From assembly GCA_036172245.1 (NCBI GenBank), contig JAYWIR010000002.1:4402001-4466000 (forward strand): 64,000 nucleotides of DNA. Direction: 5' to 3'. Numbering within the stretch: position 1 is the first letter of the stretch; each line of letters begins with the position of its first letter. Below the pieces are notes generated by a model. It worked only from the letters and a program-made list of their open reading frames with translations. It was not told the DNA's origin and made no database searches. The DNA is from Raillietiella orientalis (Eukaryota). The position numbers were made by a program, and so were the translations under genes. This document shows, one piece after another, positions 26,562 to 38,498 of this stretch.

Positions 26562-29500
26562 TCAGTTCATGTACTTCCGGCATTTACGAGATAGGCAGTT
26601 GCACGGTATTTTGACATCCTCGATGGGGAACTTGTAATCGTAGGTGAGCTCCTCACCCTTGTACAGATAGCGCAGGGCGAATATGATGATGCGCTTGCGC
26701 CCGAGGATGTCCACGACACGGCTGAAGCAATTCGGGTCGCAGGAGTGGTTGATGAAACGTGCAGCGTTCCCACAGGTCGTCGCATCGACGACGGTGAGGT
26801 CGTCAATCCTGAACATGTAGCAGCCGATCCCTTTGGCTTCGTACAAGCGCTCACGCTTGTCTGCAAGCAATGGCCTGATCAACTGCCCAGCATACTCTAT
26901 GACCATTTCACCTTGCTCTATAGCTCTTCGACTGAACAAACCGCGCCCGTGAATGTCGGAACGGAAAACACCAACGGCATTTCGGCAAGTCTCTTTTAAG
27001 TGACGGTACTGCATCGCCAACGGAAGTTCTGTTTTGGGCATGCGAGATTTGGTCACATGGACATCCACCAAACTAGGGATGGGTAATGGGCGATGATGAG
27101 ATGCTAACCACGAAAACATATCACTGTCACTGCGGTTCTTAAATGGAATAATACGAGCACATCCTTGATTTTCTGTAATCTCTTTATCGATTGGCAGCTG
27201 CTGGATCAACTTACGAATATTTGAATTGCTAAGGCCGCATAATTTTAAATCAGAGAGAGAACATATCGAGTAGAAAGGAAGTCCTTTGGCCGCACGGGCC
27301 GTTTCTACGGCTTCCAACGCTGCGGACCACACTGAGCTAAGATTATTTGCACGAAAGACAATACCTTCCGAACTACGGAGTTCATAAATAAAACCACTGG
27401 TTTTAATCAAGGAACCAGCTTCAGGTTCCATTTCTACAGTTAAAGGTTCAGTAAAAAATTCTTTTGGCTTGATCACAACCATATTCTTTGGTACATCTTG
27501 CTCTTGAGACTTCAAAGACAATACTTTCAAATTGAAGTCTCCAAAACCCATTTCCTTTAGCCAGTTAACTATGCAATCTGTAGAACTGACTGTATTGTCA
27601 GACTGAGTTGACTGTTCCAAAACTGGAGCAGCAGGTAATGATTGTGTACAGGAATGGCCAGAGTTCCTACTGCTTGTTGTTTTATCTTCCATTGTAACAC
27701 CACCATTATAATTGTAACTATTGGGAATCTGCAATGGCATATACGCTGGTAATGATGGTGCTAAGGAAATGGGTTGTGCAAAAAGTGCATGATTGGCAAC
27801 AGGAGTATAATAAGTCATCTGTGTGTTCAAATGCAGTACTGGAACACTTGGAACAAAATAAACTGATGGAAAATACATAAATAAAGGAGGAATTATATAA
27901 GTTGCAGCACCAGTCTGATACTCATTCATAGGTACATGTGGAGAAAAATAATCTACTGGAGAAAAATAAATATTAGGAGCTGGAGAAGTGCTGCTAGCAG
28001 AAGAAATGTCATTCTCAATTTTTCCTATACTTTGGTTCTCTTCATTGCTACATATTTCTTCAAAGGGCTTAATGTGGGATTCATTATTGGAAAAGTCACA
28101 ACGAACATTAGATGTCTTATAGAAACTCTTGCATGAACCAGCAGTCATGCCCTCAGATTCCCTATGACATGACACTGATTCTGACGCAGTGGATCCAGTA
28201 ACTTCAGCATATTCAACATTTTCACCTACTTCTTCACTGCTGCTGCTGCTGCTGCTGCTGCTATCTACATCATATTCGCACTGCTCCTGATGACGAAGGC
28301 AGCTGCCAACAGTGCGATACACCCTCTTGCATCGAGGGCACTTGGTTTCATATAAAGTCTGTGTATCACATTCTGCTGCATCATTTGAATCTGTTGCTCC
28401 ATCCACTTGCAGAATACTACAAATCTCTTCCTTATTATTACCGTTATCACACACATTTGCATGCAGTTCTAGATCCAATATCAATGTAAGCAGAGCCTCT
28501 TCTAAAAGATCAGCAGATAATCCTTCTGTTTCAAACATGTGAAAATCGATTTGGTCCACTGAATTTAACACTGATTCAGCCACTTTCACAACAAATATGT
28601 TTGTTTTTTTGCTATGAGCTTTGGCATCAAAATCACAATATCGACTTGAAAACTTTGACTGCACACAGTTATGTGTTATTGTATAATCAGGTGGATTCCA
28701 CGTAGAAATAGAGGGAGGATTGGAATGAAGGGAAAAATGGTAAGCAACTCTTTTTTCAGGATCTCGAATCCCCCAAAAAAATCGGACACACTGATATCCA
28801 TCCAAAAATAATCTGTCAGGTATAGTAACTAAAGAACCCAGTTGTATAACCTAAAAAAAGAAACAAAAACACAGATGCACAAACTATCAATTAAAATTTA
28901 GGCCTTACATTTAAAGCGCCTATACTTGGGCAAACATCCTGGCAAACTTCAGAGCTTGTGATTTCCGGAATTATTTTCAAATAATATTCTGTATTTAGTA
29001 GAGGAGCACCTGGCAGAACATCTGTTCCGTGATTTGGGCAGAACACACTATTAGAAGTCCAAGTAACATCTATTGCACAACGAGCACAAGGAAAATGATA
29101 AACACATGTACACTCAGGATAGCAGCAATAAAGTGTAGCACCAAATTGAAAACAAACTGTACATTTTGCTATTTCTCCTTGTTTCACTGCTGCTTGAACA
29201 CCTTTAAGTTTTCCATCATGCATCTGGCAAACACCCTTTGACCAAAGAACACAATTTGCATGAATCCACTGTCTTGTGCCAAATGCAATTAATCTGCCAG
29301 ATTCCGAATTTTCATTTTCTTTTTGCAGGCACAAAATACAGAAACGCTTATCATACCAAAAGTTTTGATATTGCAGAGAGGAACTGCTTAAAGCGATTTG
29401 CACATGCTGACTACTTTCAAGAAAAGATTCTATATCACAGTTTGCACCATCTTTAGATTTACTATGTTTATCCATCTGGTGATAGGTATGATCTGTGTTT

Positions 29501-32500
29501 GTAATCATAGCAGGTGTAGAGCCAAACATCAGAAAAGGAATACTAATTTCATATGAAAACCAGGGAAAAATTCGTTTCACAACATGCTCAAAGGCAGAAC
29601 ATATCAGCCGAAATTGCTCATTTGCTAGAGTCAATTGTAGATAAAAATGCCGCAACAGTTTGTGAAAGTCTTCATTAAAATGTCCAACAGATTGATATGT
29701 TAGAGAAGACATAATTTCAAGGCTGGCAGGTCTAATTCCTTGTATATGGTCCAGCAGATCAGTCAGCAACCGACTGCAAATATTTTGTAAATCTGTATTG
29801 TCTGTGGAATGTTTGCCACTACTACTGGGACAATGTAATAATTCAAATTCAGGTTCTGTAAGCAACAAATTAATAATGCGGATTATTCCATTTTGACGAG
29901 CGGAATTTAAAGCCTTCCTCCAAACAGTTGCTTTCTTATTTGAAACCTGGCAAACTTGGCAAATATATTTTATGGTTTCTGGCAAAGCAATGAATATGTG
30001 ATAATCTTCCTCTGTTAGCTGCTCACAGGAAGTATGGATCCATTCAAAACAACAATTGCATTGTATCATCTGATTTCAAATAAGAAAAATGACTAATCAA
30101 ATGCTCTTACCTGAACATCGAAATCTTCATCTGCATAACAACAATGACAGACAGGACAGACATTGCCTTTCATCTGCAATTTTTCACACGCTGAACAAAG
30201 CCTTGACTTGAAAAAAACATTGCTTCTTCCACAGCTATTACACTTGTCACACTGTGGGCACAGCTAGAAAAAACTTTGTAATTGTCTTCATGATCTTAAG
30301 ACAAACTAACCCAAATTGAAGATGCATGATTAAAACTGCTATAAGAAAGGCAATGTTCATGAAAAGTCTGAAGGCACTGATAACACTGCAATGTTGGTGC
30401 TGAATGTCCACAAACATGACAAACTTGGCAATGGTGGCAAACAAATGTTCCAGTACGTTCAAATCTCAATATCACATTTGCCTCCTGTTGTTGCATACAA
30501 TATTGATGAAATGGCTCAGCACAAACGAAGCAGTAATGCAACTGATAAAATAAGTAATGGAATATTATGACCAATGCATAACTTTGCTTACATTTTTTCC
30601 AGAAGTACCACAAAGAAGGCAAAGGTCACACTGTGCTTTGGAATCCAAAATACAGATACCATCATTTTCAACTGAAGCAGTGTTTATGTCTATTGCTCTG
30701 ACAGGTGCATTTTGGTCATACCAGTTGCATACTTGTTTTGATTTTTGAGAATTTATAAATGCTTGTGAATAACCAGATAAATGGAATTCATTATGCTGAA
30801 AAAAAAAAAAAAAAAAATCAAATACATAGATTCATGAAATGAAGCATCTTCCACAATATTTTAAAATGTTTTATATTAAGAAAAAAAAAAAAAAAACGGT
30901 ATTGCTCGGAAAAAACAAAAACATTTAGTCTGACAATATTTCATCACCAGGTATGACTACTACTCAAAACACTTATTTATACTTTCAGGTAATGTTTGAA
31001 ATCACAATACTTATAATTTCAGTTTTCCCTATGTACATAATCAGAATACTAAACAAAACTTTGAGCAGAGGTCAACTACTCACTTAGACTGCCAATCAAA
31101 TTGTGTGATGGCTCCTCAGCTTTAAGCCACATATAAAAAGGCTGAAGGGTGCTCGCAAAGGGCAAGTTACACAGAGGATGGGAATGTAAGCTTAGAGATA
31201 TTGGTGAATCTGAAATAGAGACAGTTTATTGACTCTACTTTTAGATTTGTTTGTTCTAGGCTGAAAACAAATGCAAGCAGAGGTCCATTGTCACGTGCTA
31301 CTCAGTCTTAAATAACTGTTAGGTAACTCATTTTCTCTACTAGTTTTAACAAAAGTCTTTAAAAGAGTACTTTAAGTACATGGTGATACTGCTTTGTTAT
31401 TGAGTTTTGACCACAGACTTGCCCCTGCTGCACCCAAACAGACCTCAATATGTGCCAATAAATTATCAATGTAACAAATTCAACATATGAGTATATTTAA
31501 TGATATATTAACTTCAGTAACATTTTTTATCAATGTGATAATTGCAGACCTCTGCTCCTAGATATTTTTTTCTTTTTTTAAAAACAAGCACTTACTGAAT
31601 TATTGGGAATAAATACAGATACATGTCCAGGCTTTTTCAAAGACTTAGGAGCTACAATACGAGGAGAAATGCACTTCTGCTTTCTAAAAATAACCAGATA
31701 GAGATTATGCTGCACAGTAAAATATTGCATACATACAGGCAAAATCTCTTTTTTTTAAGAAGAATACCTTGTTCTTTTCTTGCATTATTGCGAAGACATA
31801 TTGCACACTTTCCACACTCTGGTGCTTTGCAGCCACAACACTGATAACAACGTCGCATTAATTTGGGTTCACTAGATTCAGTCGATTTTGCACTTGGGGA
31901 ATGAGGCATCTCATCACAACTGTGATTTTCCAATGCAGTAGGAATGGGAGACACAGCAGGTATCACATTTTGAAATTTATTAGTGACTTCACCATTGGCT
32001 GGAAAAGTGGCAAGAGGTAAAAGCATGGCTTCAGCTTGTGTACGGTTAACATGCTTTACTCGAGCCATATGGATTGCATTTTTCGATACTCTTTTCTTAG
32101 ATGCTTTTTTGTTTTTAGGTCGATGACATTGGTCATTTTTGGTTTTATGAAACATTTCACGCTGTCCTTGTTGCAAACAATGAAAAGCTTTTCGTTTAAT
32201 GGAATTGGCAGTTTTCACAGTATGCTGCTGTTGGGTTAATTCCAATAGGAATGAACCTTTATATGATCCACTTGCACCACTTTGTCGTTTGAGCTTGGAA
32301 GCATTCTCGTATGTTTTCACTACTTTTGCATCATCCCCTGTTTGACTAGAACAATACACAAATGAATTTTGCTGTGGATCTGTGTTCTCTGGAGCATCTC
32401 CACTGTTCAATGATGGGAGCAATGAATGGAAAATTTGAAAGTGTTTTTGAGGAATTCGGACACATACAGCTAACACTTGCTTGATAAGACAAGCATGACA

Positions 32501-34296
32501 ACGGTGCTTGGTAGAAAGAGAGCAAGGACCTGTAACAAAATTAAAGATAATAATTAGAAAGGATAGTTTTACCTTCTTTGTTAAGGCAAACGCACTGTGT
32601 ACGATTCTTTTTTAAATTACGAATTGTGCGAATGCAATATGAGCACATAAGAACACCATATTTGCGGTAGTTTTCAATACGAACATAGAGTACTTCTCGC
32701 TGACAGATGGAACAAATTAACTGTCCAATACAATCCTTTCCTAAAATTTAAACATTAAGATAACATCATATTTCCTGAAAACAACGCACGTTTTCTCTTT
32801 GTTGATACATTACTTTGCAAATCCTTATTGGATTCAAAAGAGCAGCTCCTTTTTCTACTTGAATTCCATCCATTTTCCAACATATTTAGATGTGGAATTT
32901 TTACATCTGTAACAATGTTACCTAGCTTAGTAGTTTCCTTTATATTAACAATGTAATGGTCTTCTAATTCTGATTCTGATGATTCTTGAAGTTGAACATC
33001 CAGGGTTGACAAACCAGCTTCTTTTTCAAATACATCTACATTGGAAACACTATTTTCTTCTAGCACTGTACTATTCACAGTGGAGTCTTTCAGTGGCTGC
33101 ACATTAGGGACTCCATCAATTATTGTTATCCTAAATTTTCCATCCACTGATTCATATACTTGATCTTTAGAAGACATCTCAATTGGTAAGGGTTCCTCTG
33201 ACAACAAGCAATCCTGAGTACCATTTGTGTGCAAATTTTCATAACCCACTTTAGGTAAACTGGCAACATCTAAATCATAAGTTTGCTCTACAGAGTTTGA
33301 TTCCTTTTTATCCGTTTTTTCCATATGAAATTCTATGCTGCAGTTTTTTGGTTCATCCACTAAATCACTACAAGTTTCAGGGACAGCCATTCTTTTTGCT
33401 GTATACATTTTGCAATTATCTTGAAGATTCATTTTCATCTTGTAAGATGGCTTCCATGCTCGTTTCCCAGTTACTATTTTCGATGCAAACCAATTTCGAC
33501 TGAAAAACTTCCTTTCTTCAAGATGGCTTACTTTTCCTCTTGCTATTTGATTCTGAGCTGTCTTTACAACTTTCCTTGTTTTCCTCAATTTGCTACATAC
33601 TGGCATTTTTACAATTAACTTTTGTTTATTTTTAACTTCCGTTTGATCTGAATTAATGAAAGCATCTGATGCTAGTTTTCCTTCTGATTCTTGCATGTTG
33701 TTTGGCTTTTTAGTTTTCTGAAACTTTATCCTGGGTTCAGCAGATTTCTTAAAAAAATATTTTCCTTTAGCTTGATTTTCATCTGTAATAAATAGTGGAT
33801 GTTTTTTTTTTTCGGAACTAAGTTTATATACTTTTATATATCCAGACAATGCTTTTGGATGCTTTTCATGCTTTGATATATGATGTAACCTCACTGTGGG
33901 TCTAAATATTTTCCAAACATCTGAATTTCTTTCTGCATTGTAACTATTTATATTTGAAAGGTTCACATTTACATTATTAGGAAACACAGAATGTTTTTCA
34001 ATATAACCTTCTATTAAAGATATGAGCAAAGATATTTGTTCAAGCACAGCTACATGTGTTTTTGTTTCTTTATCAAGAAAACCTATGAATTCCACCTAAA
34101 TAATAGATAGCAGATTGAAATTATTACTTCCAATTTGATTTTTTTTTCAACTTACTTCTTCCTTGTGCGTACTCGGAGAACTAATGGATCCACATTGAGA
34201 TGGAAACGGTTGTTTTGAATCACCACACACATAATCTTCAGATTCGCAGTTTTCTTTTTCTTTAACATCAGACCACTGAGAATCTGTGAGGGCCAT
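26562..34296 (-). CDS. trx: Trithorax / MLL1-2 (KMT2A/B) histone H3K4 methyltransferase; 10 coding exons, ~2200 aa
   Basis: In order: FIGF motif; nuclear-receptor-like Zn finger (CSIC...KYGVLMCSYC...CHACL); CXXC-like finger; PHD1-3 (CLLCGTSG..YCFVCAEPFH; KGNVCPVC..Y.DEDFDVQMIQC); atypical bromo region ending IFPWF; DHTY; extended PHD (DKRFCILC...GRLI..WIHANCVLWS); FYRN; QVD/G taspase site; FYRC; GCAR Win motif; SET/post-SET (SDIHGRGLF...MVIEYAG...GIGCYMFRID...NAARFINHSCDPNC...EELTYDYKF...CNCLSRKCRKYMN). Confidence 0.97.
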
Positions 34297-37200
34297 TTTC
34301 TATTCTAATACTTATCACTTGTACAAAATGTGCATACTCTACAAAAATAAGAAAAATTTCACATTTATGCACCAAACCTCAATACCCACTAAAAAATATT
34401 TACATTCGCACGATACAATTATGATACATGAAAACAGTTGTTTTTTAGTTATTGAGGTGTCCAACATTATAGAATGCTTACAACAATAGCGAAAATATTG
34501 CAGTTTGAAATCCCCTTGACTTTTCCAACTCATTTACGACACAACTACATCTAAACATGATTAAAAAAAGAAAAATTAGTAACAATAAGGGAATTGTCGT
34601 CCAGTGGCAAGGCAAAACATTTTTATGTGTTGTACCGTGACTTATTTTGCCTTGCAGAATTAATTTAATACTACGCCTCCCATGTAATACTTAACCACCA
34701 TTTTGATTCCAGAGTTTCGCGGCTTGCATGATGTCAACAGACATCACTATTGCCATCATTTCATTAACCTCCACATGATTACATAAAACAAATTAATACT
34801 AGCTCACAAACAACACATTGATTTATTTATAACGATTAGCGCAAACGTTCAAATTTTTATTTCTTTCAGATCAATATTTCTTTATCTATATGGAAAATTT
34901 GAAATCAACAATGCCAAGTTATGGAATTTTTTTATTTCTCATATTAAACCTAGTAAACATCCAATCGAAGGCAGCAGGCATGTTTCTTCAAAGCAATGAA
35001 ATATTCTTTTATTTTTCAAAGCTATTAGAACGTCAAGAAAAAATGATATACTGATAGTTGTACTTTCCATATTGCCTATGTAATAGTAGAAATTAAACTG
35101 ATCCACAAGTTCTTTGTCAGTTGCAAGACATAATTTTATCGCATTTCTTCTCATTTGCTCTCATCATCATTTCGTAGTTATATGGAAACCAGAATAGAAG
35201 CAGTAACCAAAAGAAAGAAATATCTGTTGAAACTTTCAATTTATTGGTTAATGATGGACGGATACGACTTCATTTTAGAAATCAGCCACTTTACAAAAAT
35301 GCTAAACAGTCTCCCTTTTCTAAGAAGGTGGTTTTCCATCAAAAACATAAGCACCAGAAATGGTTTTTAAAGTATGTATGAATATACATTTTTGGAACCT
35401 TGAAAAAATAGTAATCTCGACTAGAAATTATCGATGACTTTTGAATCAGCTATAATTGTTTGCAAAAAGTTCATTTTCTTCCAAATTGAAATTTTTGGTA
35501 ACTTCTTGCTGATGTCAATTGGGAGTCAAAGTACCCGCATATTTTTGTGTGTGTTTTTTTTATTTTCACAGTCTTTGGATATGTGAACAAGATCTTCAAA
35601 GACCAAAAGAATGAAATACACAATAATTCTTACACCTGTCAACGCATTCATTGAAATAGACTCCCATGTAGGTTACTGTGTACGAGGAAGTTATATGATC
35701 CATGGCTGATGATAGAATTGTTAAAATATCATATAAATAAAACGTGAAGGAAAACAATAGGCTATAATAACCTTGATTATGAGGCATTACAATCGTAGTG
35801 TAATAACTGATTAAAGAAATCCAGGGAAAAGTTCACAACATTCGATAAATTGAAACAAAAATCTATTCATGGCATAAATATCATGTAAATAATGATATAT
35901 CATTTCTAGACCTTACATTCAACTTTTTTTGACATCCTATTCTTAACTGACCAATTTTAAGTTTTGGTGTCATTTATAAATTAACCATTTATTCTTTTTT
36001 CCTGTAATCAGTAATTCCTTTCTGTTATTCTAGCATTTTCAATACAAAAGAATCAAATTAAGATCCTGAAAAATGATGGAGATAAACAATAAATACAAAA
36101 AGTTTGCTGAAAATCATTATTTCTGTTCTTTTTAAATGCTTTAATGATTCGCTTTACATTTTTATATATTACTGTGTTTAGAGCATCTTGAGTTGCTTAA
36201 AATTTTTCTATTGACTGTTCGTTGCCATTTCTTAAACGTGCTATATCCGGTATTCATTTCCGAAATCTAGTTCCCTTAAGACATGGTGATTAGCATCCAA
36301 AAATATTGATATGTCAGACATTATTAGTTAACTGCTAATTGAGAACAGGAGTTTTTTAGCACGATATGAATAAATGTTAGAAAGATAGCTCAGTGATCTT
36401 AGAATAAGTATTTTAAGAATTTCTCAGTAGTTGTATTTTTTAGGAAGTTCAACTTTGTAATTCATTTTGATTGTTTTGATTAGTTTAAGCATAGCACTAA
36501 AAATCTGACATCTGGAACTTCCTGAATAATAAACATTATTGCTTTGAACTCGAAACGCCTTTGAAAAGTTGATTCATTTATTTTACTCTAGCAACTTCCA
36601 ATTTTTTCACTTTACATATAAAATCCAATCAATTTGACTTTAAACAATGAGTTCTGGGTAAGCTTTTCGTTTGCCTTGAGCGATGAAAATGAATAATTGC
36701 GACTTTCCCATATTCATTTTCAGAATAGTTACATGATTATCTTAGCTCGGAATTAGGCACTTCAAAAATTTTCCTCCTTCTGTATACCTTCAAGAGAATA
36801 ACAAGAAACCAAACGACTCATTTAGTCTTAGAATTTTTTGTATCATTCTCCAAATAATACATTGTTTGCTTATTTATAAATTATTTTTGTCTTGAAACTT
36901 AAGTTGCCATAGGCAGCTCCACTTATTATTAAGTATATTTGAGAAAGGCTCTTTTTATGCATTTTCTGATTGCTTTTCTATGTAGATAGAAACAATTGGA
37001 TTAACGAAATTTAATTAGAAAATTGAAATTAAAAAACAAACTTTCTCTAAAGCACCGCTTTGTAGGATTTTTTTTAATCAAGTCTTATTTCTTAAATTAT
37101 TTCAGGCACATGCATGTTTTTTTTTATTGATAATACTCCTATGCAAGAAACAGTCATGCATTGCATGCTAAAGTTCTTAGAGATTCATTAACCTTACACA

Positions 37201-38498
37201 TGATTCTTAAAAACTGCTAACAACAATTTTTTTATTTGTCAACTGGAAATTATCCTTCAAGTTTTTCACTACGAAAATTCACTAGAAGATATTACTTTTT
37301 ACTAGATTTCTCGAAACATCTCTCCGAAATCATGTTAGCTTAACCGATATTAATAGCGATATTAATTCCATGGAGGTACGTTATGAAGCAATTTAATTTT
37401 TTGGAATGCAATTTAAAATCCCAGTTTTCTGAATCGAGGGGTTCTATGACATAGATCTTTATTTCTTTTTTCCCTGGTGGTGGTGAATTTTATCACTCCT
37501 TTGATCACTAACTCCATGAAAAGTGCAGTTTGAAACTGGAAATAAAAGAATCTTTAATATCACGTCATCTGATGCCAATTTTTCCATCAAGTGATTAGAA
37601 ATGAACTGCATCAACCTTCTTAAGGTATATTTAGCTAATTTCAGTAATTCTGAGTTTCCTACACGCGCATCCTTATTCAATCTAGTTTTTCTTTTAGTTT
37701 TCTCTTTCTCTGTAAGTTATTGTACTTCGAGTATCTGTAAATTTAGTGTACTCAACCAAAATTCAGTAAGAAGCAGATTATTAATAAGAATTTGTAAATT
37801 TGACCTAACTCACTTCCATTCCGAAATTTTAAACAGAAATTATTGTGATATTGTCATATTATAAGAACCGTCGTAACTCAGCAAATACATGTAATTCCTT
37901 CGGACATTTTATATATTAATGAGTCAAAGAACTTGTTTATGATTTTGTGTAGAGTTTATAATTATTTTATTACTTGCTGATATCTCATAAAATCACTGGT
38001 TGAAATTCTTGCAAATGTGATTTTATATGCGTTTATCAAAGGAGTTCGTGTTCCTCAAATTGGAATGCTAAAAGAAAAATTTTGGAATGCGTTGGTAAAA
38101 AATTAAGAAGACATGCCATCAATAAGCACCATTTCTAAAATGAAATATGGACTAATAATAATAAAATACATTAATCATAATATGCACAAGCCATCCAAAA
38201 TAAATGAATCATTTCTTGATTTGTGTAAACTGTATCTTAAAATTAGTATTGATTCACAATTTTAAATAATACACGGTATTTGTGGTAACCATGTCACTCA
38301 TGCTGTCGTCTGTAAATGTAGTAATGGAATCTGTAGCCGTGTTTGTATTAAGTTTACTTAGTATGTGATTTTTTTATACGCCCAGCTGCGAACTATGAGA
38401 AACCAGTGACTTTATCTGTTGCAGATCGCATAAATTTGTTAATTTATAATCTTATTTCATTTCCTGTGTTTCTGTGATCTCAACATTCCATTGGTTTT

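Noticed and set aside
28238-28262. (AGC)n tract in trx
   Set aside because: Simple poly-Ser coding microsatellite
32741-32789. Apparent non-canonical GA donor (TTTTCAG|GAAATA) in trx
   Set aside because: A canonical phase-1 donor AAAC|GTGCGT gives a normal 49-nt GT-AG intron in the right frame
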